A DNA stretch of 64,000 bases from Macrostomum lignano (taxonomy: Eukaryota): assembly GCA_002269645.1 (NCBI GenBank), contig NIVC01001809.1:170754-234753 (forward strand), in the 5' to 3' direction. The notes beneath the pieces were generated by a model, which did no database searches, was not told the DNA's origin, and was given only the letters and a program-made list of their open reading frames with translations. Of this stretch, positions 10,886 to 27,679 are shown piece after piece. The position numbers were made by a program, and so were the translations under genes. The number at the start of each line of letters is the position of its first letter. Position 1 is the first letter of the stretch.

Positions 10886-13620
10886 GTCTATTGTGATGTC
10901 TATTGTGGTGTCTATTGTGGTGTCTATTGTGGTGTCTATTGTGGTGTCTATTGTGACGTCTATTGTGATGTCTATTGTGGTGTCTATTGTGATGTCTATT
11001 GTGGTGTCTATTGTGGTGTCTATTGTGATGTCTATTGTGGTGTCTATTGTGGTGTCTATTGTGATGTCTATTGTGGTGTCTATTGTGATGTCTATTGTGA
11101 TGTCTATTGTGGTGTCTATTGTGGTGTCTATTGTGGTGTCTATTGTGGTGTCTATTGTGGTGTCTATTGTGGTGTCTATTGTGGTGTCTATTGTGATGTC
11201 TATTGTGGTGTCTATTGTGGTGTCTATTGTGATGTCTATTGTGGTGTCTATTGTGGTGTCTATTGTGATGTCTATTGTGGTGTCTATTGTGGTGTCTATT
11301 GTGATGTCTATTGTGGTGTCTATTGTGATGTCTATTGTGGTGTCTATTGTGATGTCTATTGTGGTGTCTATTGTGGTGTCTATTGTGGTGTCTATTGTGG
11401 TGTCTATTGTGGTGTCTATTGTGATGTCTATTGTGGTGTCTATTGTGGTGTCTATTGTGATGTCTATTGTGGTGTCTATTGTGATGTCTATTGTGGTGTC
11501 TATTGTGATGTCTATTGTGGTGTCTATTGTGGTGTCTATTGTGATGTCTATTGTGGTGTCTATTGTGATGTCTATTGTGATGTCTATTGTGGTGTCTATT
11601 GTGGTGTCTATTGTGGTGTCTATTGTGATGTCTATTGTGATGTCTATTGTGGTGTCTATTGTGGTGTCTATTGTGGTGTCTATTGTGATGTCTATTGTGG
11701 TGTCTATTGTGGTGTCTATTGTGATGTCTATTGTGATGTCTATTGTGGTGTCTATTGTGGTGTCTATTGTGATGTCTATTGTGGTGTCTATTGTGATGTC
11801 TATTGTGGTGTCTATTGTGGTGTCTATTGTGATGTCTATTGTGGTGTCTATTGTGGTGTCTATTGTGATGTCTATTGTGGTGTCTATTGTGATGTCTATT
11901 GTGATGTCTATTGTGGTGTCTATTGTGGTGTCTATTGTGGTGTCTATTGTGGTGTCTATTGTGATGTCTATTGTGGTGTCTATTGTGGTGTCTATTGTGG
12001 TGTCTATTGTGATGTCTATTGTGGTGTCTATTGTGGTGTCTATTGTGATGTCTATTGTGATGTCTATTGTGGTGTCTATTGTGATGTCTATTGTGGTGTC
12101 TATTGTGGTGTCTATTGTGATGTCTATTGTGGTGTCTATTGTGATGTCTATTGTGGTGTCTATTGTGATGTCTATTGTGGTGTCTATTGTGGTGTCTATT
12201 GTGATGTCTATTGTGGTGTCTATTGTGGTGTCTATTGTGATGTCTATTGTGGTGTCTATTGTGGTGTCTATTGTGATGTCTATTGTGGTGTCTATTGTGA
12301 TGTCTATTGTGGTGTCTATTGTGATGTCTATTGTGGTGTCTATTGTGGTGTCTATTGTGATGTCTATTGTGGTGTCTATTGTGATGTCTATTGTGGTGTC
12401 TATTGTGATGTCTATTGTGGTGTCTATTGTGGTGTCTATTGTGGTGTCTATTGTGGTGTCTATTGTGATGTCTATTGTGGTGTCTATTGTGGTGTCTATT
12501 GTGGTGTCTATTGTGATGTCTATTGTGGTGTCTATTGTGATGTCTATTGTGATGTCTATTGTGGTGTCTATTGTGGTGTCTATTGTGATGTCTATTGTGG
12601 TGTCTATTGTGGTGTCTATTGTGATGTCTATTGTGGTGTCTATTGTGTTGTCTATTGTGATGTCTATTGTGGTGTCTATTGTGATGTCTATTGTGGTGTC
12701 TATTGTGGTGTCTATTGTGGTGTCTATTGTGGTGTCTATTGTGATGTCTATTGTGGTGTCTATTGTGGTGTCTATTGTGATGTCTATTGTGGTGTCTATT
12801 GTGATGTCTATTGTGGTGTCTATTGTGGTGTCTATTGTGGTGTCTATTGTGATGTCTATTGTGGTGTCTATTGTGGTGTCTATTGTGATGTCTATTGTGG
12901 TGTCTATTGTGGTGTCTATTGTGGTGTCTATTGTGGTGTCTATTGTGATGTCTATTGTGGTGTCTATTGTGGTGTCTATTGTGATGTCTATTGTGGTGTC
13001 TATTGTGATGTCTATTGTGGTGTCTATTGTGATGTCTATTGTGGTGTCTATTGTGGTGTCTATTGTGGTGTCACCCCCAAGTCTATTGTGAAGTCTATTG
13101 TGATGTCTATTGGGGTGTCTATTGAGAACGTCTATTGAGAACGTCTATTGTGATGTCTATTGTGATGTCTATTGTGAATGTCTATTGTGATGTCTATTGT
13201 GGTGTCTATTGTGATGTCTATTGTGGTGTCTATTGTGATGTCTTATTGTGATGTCTATTGTGAATGTTTATTGTGATGTCTATTGTGAATGTTTATTGTG
13301 ATGTCTATTGTGGTGTCTATTGTGGTGTCTTATTGTGATGTCTTATTGTGATGTCTATTGTGAATGTTTATTGTGATGTCTATTGTGGTGTCTATTGTGG
13401 TGTCTTATTGTGATGTCTTATTGTGATGTCTATTGTGAATGTTTATTGTGATGTCTATTGTGAATGTTTATTGTGATGTCTATTCTGAATGTTTATTTTG
13501 ATGTCTGTTGTGATGTCCATTGTGGTGTCTATTGTGATATCTATTGTGATGTCTATTGTGATGCCTATTGTGAATGTTTATTTTGATGTCTATTGTGATG
13601 TCTATTGTGGTGTCTATTAT
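10886..13620. repeat. Intron-6 satellite, 12-bp unit GTCTATTGTG(G/A)T, about 2.7 kb
   Basis: Over 180 near-perfect two-variant units to about 13070, then a degenerate tail. Confidence 0.97.
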
Positions 13621-13649
13621 GACGCTTATTGTGGTCTCAGGTGCCTCAC

Positions 13650-14092
13650 CCTGACACAGGTACAGCTGGCCATCTGAGCACAGAGCCCACACGCTGCCCT
13701 GGCCGCAGCAGAGTTGCACCACCCGGGAGCCAAGGCTGCCAGCCACTGGCAGAGTCTCCGAGCGGAAGCCCTCAGGCCAGAGGCAGAACACCTCGCAGCT
13801 GGAGGGTCCCACGGCCCAAACGTAGGCTTGACCGCCAATGCAGGTAACGGCCGCGTGAGCCCAGTTGCTAAGCAACAGCTGCGACAAACCCTGCGGCTTC
13901 AGCTGCGCCCATGCTGTGCCCAGCAGGGGGCCGGAACAGGTGAGCAGTAGATCCCGGTCTGGCCAGTAAAGCCACAGGCCGAAGTTGGGCACCGAGACAA
14001 TGAAAGGCGCCGCCGCAGCGCCGGCAGAGGCGTCAGAAACGGCGCCAACTCCAGCCAGAGCGCTGGTCAGTACGCGCCACGGCAGGTCGGAG
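13650..14092 (-). CDS. TECPR2: TECPR2-like, exon 6
   Basis: Acceptor ccttcag|C (phase 2), donor CAG G|gtgagg (phase 1). Encodes propeller motifs such as QAYVWAVG and RVVQLCCGQGSVWALCSDGQLYL. Confidence 0.85.
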
Positions 14093-14109
14093 CTGAAGGA
14101 ATAAACAGT

Positions 14110-15870
14110 GGGGGCAAATCTTGGGGGTGAGTAGGGCGATTCTTGGGGGTGAGTAGGGGCGATTCTTGGGGGTGAGTAGGGCGATTCTTGGGGGTGAGTA
14201 GGGGCGATTCTTGGGTGTGAGTAGGGGCGATTCTTGGGGGTGAGTAGGGGCGATTCTTGGGGGTGAGTAGGGGCGATTCTTGGGGGTGAGTAGGGGCGAT
14301 TGTTGGGGGTAAGTAGGGGCGATTCTTGGGGGTGAGTAGGGGCGATTCTTGGGTGTGAGTAGGGGCGATTCTTGGGGGTGAGTAGGGGCGATTCTTGGGG
14401 GTGAGTAGGGGCGATTCTTGGGGGTGAGGTAGGGGCGATTCTTGGGTATGAGGTAGGGGCGATTCTTGGGAGTGAGTAGGGGCGATTCTTGGGGGTGAGT
14501 AGGGGCGATTCTTGGGTGTGAGTAGGGGCGATTCTTGGGTGTGAGTAGGGGCGATTTTTGGGTGTGAGTAGGGGCGATTGTTGGGTGTGAGTAGGGGCGA
14601 TTTTTGGGCGTGAGTAGGGGCGATTTTTGGGTGTGAGTAGGGGCGATTGTTGGGTGTGAGTTGGGGCAATTGTTGGGTGTGAGTAGGGGCGATTGTTGGG
14701 TGTGAGTAGGGGCGATTTTTGGGTTTGAATAGGGGCAACTCTTGGGAGTGAGTAGGTGAATAGGAGTGATTCTTGAGTGTGAGTAGGGGCGATTCTTGGG
14801 GTGAGTAGGGGCGATTCTTGGGTGTGAGTAGGAGCGATTCTTGGGGGTGAGTAGGGGTGATTCTTGGGTGTGAGTATGTGAGTAGGGGCGATTCTTGGGG
14901 GTGAGTAGGGGCGATTGTTGGGTGTGAGTAGGGGCGATTTTTGGGTGTTAGTAGGGGCGATTCTTGGGTGTGAGTAGGGGCGATTCTTGGGGGTGAGTAG
15001 GGGCGATTCTTGGGGGTGAGTAGGGGCGATTCTTGGGGATGAGTAGGGGCGATTGTTGGGGGTAAGTAGGGGCGATTCTTGGGGGTGAGTAGGGGCGATT
15101 CTTGGGTGTGAGTAGGGGCGATTCTTGGGGTGAGTAGGGGCGATTCTTGGGGGTGAGTAGGGGCGATTCTTGGGGGTGAGGTAGGGGCGATTCTTGGGTA
15201 TGAGGTAGGGGCGATTCTTGGGGTGAGTAGGGGCGATTCTTGGGGTGAGTAGGGGCGATTCTTGGGTGTGAGTAGGGGCGATTCTTGGGTGTGAGTAGGG
15301 GCGATTTTTGGGTGTGAGTAGGGGCGATTGTTGGGTGTGAGTAGGGGCGATTTTTGGGCGTGAGTAGGGGCGATTTTTGGGTGTGAGTAGGGGCGATTGT
15401 TGGGTGTGAGTTGGGGCAATTGTTGGGTGTGAGTAGGGGCGATTGTTGGGTGTGAGTAGGGGCGATTTTTGGGTTTGAATAGGGGCAACTCTTGGGAGTG
15501 AGTAGGTGAATAGGAGTGATTCTTGAGTGTGAGTAGGGGCGATTCTTGGGGTGAGTAGGGGCGATTCTTGGGTGTGAGTAGGAGCGATTCTTGGGGGTGA
15601 GTAGGGGTGATTCTTGGGTGTGAGTATGTGAGTAGGGGCGATTCTTGGGGGTGAGTAGGGGCGATTGTTGGGTGTGAGTAGGGGCGATTTTTGGGTGTTA
15701 GTAGGGGCGATTTTTGGGTTTGAGTAGGGGCGATTGTTGGGTGTGAGTAGGGGCGATTGTTGGGTGTGAGTAGGGGCGATTCTTGGGTGTGAGTATGTGA
15801 GTAGGGGCGATTCTTGGGTGTGAGTATGTGAGTAGGGGCGATTCTTGGGGGTGAGTAGGGGCGATTCTTG
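14110..15870. repeat. Intron-5 minisatellite, 22-23-bp G-rich unit GGGTGAGTAGGGGCGATTCTTG(G)
   Basis: About 78 copies with an internal higher-order duplication of about 750 bp. Confidence 0.95.
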
Positions 15871-15878
15871 ATTCTTAC

Positions 15879-16207
15879 CGCTTATTATGCGCAGGCTTAT
15901 CCAGCTCAGCAATCCAGAGCTCCAACGCCGGCAGGTCTTCCGACTCCAGCCAGCTTCCACCGCGCCAGCAGCGCAAGCAGCAGCCGTCGCCTTCGCCAGA
16001 AGCTGTCAGAGTCCACAGGTTGAACTCGGTGACCAGGGCAGCCAGGAGGCCGCCGCTGCACCGCCCGATGGGCCACCAGCGATCCGGCGCGGACAGGGGA
16101 GCCGCCCAGAGCTCAGTGGGAGCTGCTGACTGGTGGTGGCGATGATGATGCTGTTGCTGCTGACTGGCCATGCAGACCAGGTGACCCTGTCCTATGCTGA
16201 TGGATGC
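15879..16207 (-). CDS. TECPR2: TECPR2-like, exon 5
   Basis: Acceptor tttctcag|GCA (phase 0), donor CG|gtaaga (phase 2). Encodes ELWAAPL...FNLWTLTASG...WRGGSWLE. Confidence 0.8.
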
Positions 16208-16227
16208 CTGAGAAATAGACGGGTGAA

Positions 16228-21048
<4,821 letters not shown>

Positions 21049-21062
21049 ACACTAAGACACTA

Positions 21063-21094
<32 letters not shown>

Positions 21095-21110
21095 GGACAG
21101 AGAGACAGAC

Positions 21111-21154
<44 letters not shown>

Positions 21155-21162
21155 TGACAGAA

Positions 21163-21203
<41 letters not shown>

Positions 21204-21207
21204 CTCT

Positions 21208-21259
<52 letters not shown>

Positions 21260-21263
21260 CTCT

Positions 21264-21323
<60 letters not shown>

Positions 21324-21327
21324 CTCT

Positions 21328-21359
<32 letters not shown>

Positions 21360-21415
21360 CTCTGACAGACAGACAGACAGGCAGGCAGGCAGACAGACAG
21401 ACAGACAGACACTCT

Positions 21416-21511
<96 letters not shown>

Positions 21512-21514
21512 CTA

Positions 21515-21595
<81 letters not shown>

Positions 21596-21598
21596 CTA

Positions 21599-21695
<97 letters not shown>

Positions 21696-21700
21696 CAGAC
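21049..21700. repeat. (GACA)n microsatellite (intron 4, right part)
   Basis: Read directly. Confidence 0.95.
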
Positions 21701-21713
21701 AGCCACAACTCAC

Positions 21714-23522
21714 GGGTCTGAACGGGCACTCCACCGACGCGCCAGGCAGCTGCTGTCCCACATCGGCCATGGGCACCAGGAACACGCCGCCGCCGGCATC
21801 CAGGCCGCACAGGTACCTGGCGGACCCGGCACCGAGGCAGCGAACACCTTCGCGCACCGTCTTCCACTCCGACACGCGGTATCCAACGCCGGAAATCCGG
21901 CCAGCTGATAATTTCCTGCCGGAAGCGGTCAGACGGAGCACCAAGTCAGGAGGCGCAGCCTGCAGCTGCAGCAGTTGATCGCCGCTGACAACGCTAGCCA
22001 GAGAGCTCTCCACCTGCCAGCGGAGCCTGGCGTCGCCTTGGTTACTGAGCACTCGAGCTGAGTAGGCCGACCCGCTCTTGGTGGCGAACAGGGCTGTACC
22101 GGACTCCAGGCTGGGAGCAGCAGATGCGCACAGGCTGGTCAGCGGCTCCGGACAGCGGTGCGGCCACCACCGGTTGGTCTGCTGATCTTTTAGAAGCTCC
22201 AATTTGGCTGGGCCGCTTGGCAGCTGCTGGATTGGATTGATGGCAGCGGACTGATGCAGCAGTGATGAAGCTGCAGGCTGATCATCGACAGCCCACTGGA
22301 GACGGGCGAGGGCTACGCTGGGACTTGGCGGCTCTTGGGGATTTTCCTGACGATTCTTGGGATCTTCCTGACGATTCTGGGGATTTTCCTGACAATTCTG
22401 GGGAGCTTCCTGACGATTCTGGGGATTTTCCTGACAATTCTGGGGAGCTTCCTGACGATTCTGGGGATTTTCCTGACAATTCTGGGGATCTTCCTGACGA
22501 TTCTGGGGATCTTCCTGACGATTCTGGGGAGCTTCCTGACGAGTCTTGGTATCAGCGATGGGATCTTCCTGACGATTCTGGGGATCTTCTTGACGATTCT
22601 GGGGATTTTCCTGACGATTCTGGGGAGCTTCCTGACGAGTCTTGGTATCAGCGATGGGATCTTCCTGACGATTCTGGGGATCTTCTTGACGATTCTTGGG
22701 ATCTTCCTGACGATTCTTGGGATCTTCCTGACGATTCTTGGGATCTTCCTGACGATTCTGGGGATCAGCGACGGGATCTTCCTGGTGATTCTTGGGATCT
22801 TTGGTAGGATCTTCTTCCTTTTGATCATTTGGATCCGCAACGCCATCTCCCTTGGAATCCAAAGAGCCAAATCGCAGACAAGCATCGTTGAAGTCGCCGT
22901 GAACAACTTCGTCCACCAAGTCGTCATCGTAACCGCCGTCAGCTGCCTGCAGTCCAGCTAGCAGGCGACTCCGAGCAGCCTGCTGTTGCAGCTGGTGCTG
23001 CTGCTGCCTCTGACTGACCTGCTGATTCACCCGAGCCTGCAGACTCTCCAGACTGTCAGTCAGCGGTTCCAACAGCTGTCGAACTCGACGTTCGGCTGCT
23101 GAAGAGGCGGAGGATGTCGACGGCGCAAGAGGCTCAGGTGTAGGAGAAGCAACGGTAGCCGGTGGCGGCCCATGCCTGCTCAACTTCGGTACGATTCGTC
23201 GAACAACCAACTCGTCATTATCATCCGCAAGATCGTTGAAGTCATCAAAAGGTTCTTCTACATTATCTGGTTTCTCTTCTTCTTGAGCCTCTTCGCCGAA
23301 TTCGATGTTGGCAGCGGCGGCAACCGAGGCGGAGTCGGCGCTGGACTGCAGCAGCTGGGAGACGGCGCGCTCTCCTAGCGGTAGCCGGTCTAACAGGGAC
23401 TGCAGGTTGAACCGCTCGTCCAGACGGGGCAACTCGGCGAGAGATTCGTCTTCAATCATTGAGGTCGGGCGCTGCTGAGTCCGCCCAGCAGGTGACCACT
23501 GGTCCGTGCTGAGACGGACCAC
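21714..23522 (-). CDS. TECPR2: TECPR2-like, exon 4 (acidic low-complexity middle region with coding heptad repeat, then first TECPR blades)
   Basis: Acceptor tttcag|GTG (phase 0; VVRLS resembles TECPR2 IIRIS), donor CCC|gtgagt. 603 codons open. Confidence 0.85.
22330..22800 (-). repeat. Coding minisatellite, 21-bp unit encoding (RQEDPQN)-like heptads
   Basis: About 20 in-frame units inside exon 4, including a duplicated [18 protein letters not shown] block. Confidence 0.9.
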
Positions 23523-23614
23523 CTGAAATCGGGAGGGAAGGGGAGCCGCTGCAGGATGACTGCGGGCACCCGGGCGAAACGCCTTCAGCGACCTCCGCCC
23601 AGCAACCAGCGCTT

Positions 23615-24400
23615 TTTTTCTAATGGCGAGAGGGCGATTCTCTTAATGGCGAGAGGGCGATTTTTCTAATGGCGAGAGGGCAAATTTTTTAATGAAGAGA
23701 GGGCGATTTTTCTAATGGCGAGAGGGCAAATTTTTTAATGGAGAGAGGGCGATTTTTCTAATGGCGAGAGGGCAAATTTTCCTAATGGCGAGAGGGCAAA
23801 TTTTCCTAATGGCGAGAGGGCAAATTTTCCTAATGGCGAGAGGGCGAGTTTCCTAATGGAGAGAGGGCGATTTTTCTAATGGAGAGAGGGCGATTTTCCT
23901 AATGGCGAGAGGGCGAGTTTTTGCTAATGGCGAGAGGGTGATTTTCCTAATGGCGAGAGGGCGAGTTCCCAAATGACGATAGGGCGATTTCCCTAATGGC
24001 GAGAGGGCGATTTTTCTATTGGAGAGAGGGCAATTTTCTTAATGGCGAGAAGGCAATTTTTCTAATGGAGAGAGGGCAATTTTCTTAATGGCGAGAAGGC
24101 AATTTTTCTAATGGCGAGAGGGCGATTTCCCTAATGGCGAGAGGGCGAGTTTCCTAATGGCGAGAGGGGGATTTTCCTAATGGCGAGAGGGCGAGTTTCC
24201 TAATGGAGAGAGGGCGATTTTCCGATTGGAGACAGGGTGATTTTCCCAAATGACGATAGGGCGATTTCCTTAATGGTAAGACGGCGATTTTTCTAATGGA
24301 GAGGGCGATTTTCTTAATGGCGAGAAGGCGATTTTTTCTAATGGCGAGGGGGCGATTTTTCCAATGGCGACAGGGGCGAATTTCCCAAATGGTAAGACAG
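23615..24400. repeat. Intron-3 minisatellite, 22-23-bp unit TTTTCCTAATGGCGAGAGGGCGA
   Basis: About 34 variable copies. Confidence 0.93.
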
Positions 24401-24431
24401 CGATTTTCGACAGCCAGCCCAGCGCACTAAC

Positions 24432-24848
24432 CTGCGGATAGAGACTGCCAGCCCTCAGAACCATCAGTTCCCCATCTTCGGTAGCAACCACATCCAATAG
24501 CGGAGCCAGCAAATCTGTGGAACCAACAAGCTCGCCGCTATCCAAATCCAACAGATGCAGAGCTGCCCGATTCCACATGGCAACAGTTCGAGTTGACGGG
24601 ATTCGAACTACTCGAATGCTGCTGTTGGTTTTCGAGTCTGGCTCGGTCAGAGGACGGCTCGGGGTGAGCAGTGGGATGGGCCTGGCGCGTAGGGCCGCGG
24701 CGGACGGCTGCGGCAAGGCGAGCGAGGCGGACACCTGGCCTTGCAGGTCTGCCAGCCACAGGTGCCAGTGGGGCTGGGCGCAGAGCAGGGAGGTCCGGCT
24801 GGGCAGGCTGGGGTCGGGCAGGAAGCAGGCGCCGAGGGGGCTGGGGGT
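24432..24848 (-). CDS. TECPR2: TECPR2-like, exon 3 (WD40/HPS5-like domain)
   Basis: Acceptor ccccgcag|ACC, donor CAG|gttagt. PLGACFLP...HLWLADLQGQV...MWNRAALHLLD...LLDVVATEDGELMVL matches TECPR2 FGACFIP...RLWKADVHGTV...SWNEYSIYLLD...IVSVSCTENEIFFL as recalled. Confidence 0.88.
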
Positions 24849-24884
24849 CTGCGGGGAGGGGGCGCTTGTTAATGATGCAATAGC

Positions 24885-25510
24885 CTACCTGTCTTATCAT
24901 CTATAATACATTGCCACTCTACCTGTCTTTATTATCTAACTACCTACTCTACCTGTCTTATTATCTACCTACCTACTCTACCTGTCTTATTATCTACCTA
25001 CCTACTCTACCTGTCTTATTATCTACCTACCTACTCTACCTGTCTTATCATCTACCTACCTACTCTACCTGTCTATATTATCTACCTACCTACTCTACCT
25101 GTCTTATTATCTACCTACCTACTCTACCTGTCTTATCATCTACCTACCTACTCTACCTGTCTATATTATCTACCTACCTACTCTACCTGTCTTATTATCT
25201 ACCTACCTACTCTACCTGTCTTATCATCTACCTACCTACTCTACCTGTCTATATTATCTACCTACCTACTCTACCTGTCTTATTATCTACCTACCTACTC
25301 CACCTGTCTTTATTATCTACCTACCTACTCTCCCTCTCCTTATTATCTACCTACCTACTCTACCTGTCTTATCATCTACCTACCTACTCTTCCTGTCTTT
25401 ATTATCTACCTACCTACTCTCCCTGTCTTTATTATCTACCTACCTCATCTAACTGCCTTAATAATCTACCTACCGACTCTATCTACTGTAACTGTCTTAT
25501 TGTCTACCTA
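24885..25510. repeat. Intron-2 minisatellite, about 28-bp unit CTACCTACCTACTCTACCTGTCTTATTAT
   Basis: About 20 copies, degenerating toward 25600. Confidence 0.93.
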
Positions 25511-25667
25511 CCCACTCTGCCTGTCATATTATCTTTCTACCTACTTAGCTGTCTTTATGAGTACTATCTACCTAGCAGCTACTTTACCCTGTCTTACCGT
25601 CTACTAACCTACTCTACCAAACAATATATTCAACAATATCTCTCCCCCCATAAAAAATGGTTCTCAC

Positions 25668-25979
25668 CTCCCAGCGCTTGCCGCCAACAATCCACACGCA
25701 CGAGCCGTCATCCGAGTACACAGCCGCCTGAGCTTCTGTGGCCACCAGCAACCGTCGTTGGCAATACTCCAGCTTCACCACTGGCGACATCTCTTCTAAG
25801 AAGACGGAAGATTCGCACGAACCATCCGGAACGTTCACTAAAGTACGCGACACTGTGCCGCCCCGATCACCAACGAACACTTTCTGACAGTTTAAGCTGA
25901 CAGCAATTGACGTGATGCGGCTGCGATGACCGCAGGCCAGTTGGAATGCTTGACGGCGAAACGAGGGCGACAGAGGCAC
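25668..25979 (-). CDS. TECPR2: TECPR2-like, exon 2 (WD40)
   Basis: Acceptor tagcagcag|GTG, donor GAG|gtgaga. GHRSRITSIAVSLNCQKVFVGDRGG...FLEEMSPVVKLEYCQRRLLVAT matches TECPR2 IHKNSITALAWSPNGMKLFSGDDKG...LEEPSSIVQLDYSQKVLLVST as recalled. Confidence 0.9.
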
Positions 25980-26004
25980 CTGCTGCTAGGGGGGAGGACA
26001 AAGT

Positions 26005-26905
26005 TAGTGAATGAGCACTCTCTGACTGGATGAGGCGTGAATGAGCACTCTGTGACTGGATGAGGCGTGAATGAGCACTCTGTGACTGGATGAGGTGTGA
26101 ATGAGCATTCTGTGATTTTCTAAAGTGTGAATGAGCACTTTGTGACTGGATGAGGTGTGAATGAGCACTCTGTGACTGGATGAGGTGAATGAGCACTCTG
26201 TGACTGGATGAGGTGAATGAGCACTCTGTGACTGGATTAGGTGTGGATGAGCACTCTGTGACTGGATGAGGTGAATGAGCACTCTGTGACTGGATGAGGT
26301 GTGAATGAGCACTCTGTGACTGGATGAGGTGAATGAGCACTCTGTGACTGGATGAGGTGAATGAGCACTCTGTGACTGGATTAGGTGTGGATGAGCACTC
26401 TGTGACTGGATGAGGTGAATGAGCACTCTGTGACTGGATGAGGTGTGAATGAGCACTCTGTGACTGGATGAGGTGTGAATGAGCATTCTGTGATTTTCTA
26501 AAGTGTGAATGAGCACTTTGTGACTGGATGAGGTGTGAATGAGCACTCTGTGACTGGATGAGGTGAATGAGCACTCTGTGACTGGATGAGGTGTGAATGA
26601 GCACTCTGTGACTGGATGAGGTGAATGAGCACTCTGTGACTGGATGAGGTGAATGAGCACTCTGTGACTGGATGAGGAGTGAATGAGCACTCTGTGACTG
26701 GATTAGGTGTGAATGAGCACCCTGTTACTGGACGAGGTGTGAATGAGCACTCTGTGACTGGATGAGGCGTGAATGAGCACTCTGTGACTGGACGAGGTGA
26801 ATGAGCACTCTGTGACTGGATGAGGTGAATGAGCACTCTGTGACTGGATGAGGTGTGAATGAGCACTCTGTGACTGGATGAGGTGTGAATGAGCACTCTG
26901 ATTGA
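26005..26905. repeat. Intron-1 minisatellite, 28/30-bp unit GAATGAGCACTCTGTGACTGGATGAGGT(GT)
   Basis: About 30 copies; a rare variant (ttttctaaa) recurs about 378 bp apart. Confidence 0.95.
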
Positions 26906-27079
26906 GTGTGAATAGAGCTGGACGATAAAGCGCGAATGAGGAATGAGGCTCGATTCCAAGTACATTAATTTTTGGCTAAATTAGATTTTCAGCTTGATCT
27001 ATTAACGCCCTTGATCGGTCCAATATGCTGAACTCTAATCTAATCTTACACACTAAAAAATCCCACACAGCGCACCTAC

Positions 27080-27505
27080 CTGAACCGAACCTCGCTGAGC
27101 AGCAGTCGCCGAACTGGCAGTAAAACTCGAACCGGCTGGCGGAGGCGGCGGCTCAACGTAGATGACAACGCGAGCATCTTGAAAGCCGAGCACGGCCAGA
27201 GTTTCCAGACTGTGCCCGAGGCTGGCGGCTGTGCACGGAGCGATCCCAGCTGATGAGCCTACGATGGACGCGACAGCGGGCGGCGCCGCGAGCTGCCGGT
27301 GGCAGGCCCGGCTGGAACGATCCAACAGGTGCACGGAGCCGACACTGGTGCCAACTAGGAGGCAGTATGTGCTAGCCGCCAAGGCGGTGGCTTCCACTGG
27401 CGGCAGCGACGAACGGAACAGGCCAGAGAGGCCCGGCCGCTTTGGTAGGCAGCGGAGAAGCGGCTCCAGGGACTGCGTCTCCTGGTAGACTGACCGGCTA
27501 CTCAT
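27080..27505 (-). CDS. TECPR2: TECPR2-like, exon 1
   Basis: ATG at 27505, donor CAG|gtaggt. RSSLPPVEATALAASTYCLLVGTSVGSVHLLDR matches the TECPR2/HPS5 N-terminus (LTALD...IAVGSSIGMLYLYCR). Joined CDS is 4434 nt (1477 aa). Confidence 0.88.
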
Positions 27506-27679
27506 GCCTTCAGCTGGGCTCTGGGACGGAAACGAGACTTAGGCAGGCGCTCTATGGCAACTGGCCATTTCGAAACCTGAAAGTGACGATTTGAATTGAG
27601 GTAATGAGGTAAATATCCTCAAACAAGCCTTAAGTTCTAGGATACTAGCTACATTGCCATTATGATCTAAGCTTCTGGT

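Noticed and set aside
10493-13138. 881-aa Cys-rich (YCGV/YCDV)n ORF resembling a metallothionein or keratin-associated protein, and the overlapping (SIVV)n ORF
   Set aside because: Stop-free frames of a 12-bp satellite, antisense to TECPR2 intron 6 and exon 7; no independent sign of coding.
13480-15960. 826-aa Pro-rich ORF and 473-aa overlapping ORF
   Set aside because: Chance read-through of the intron-5 minisatellite; only 14092-13650 is a real exon.
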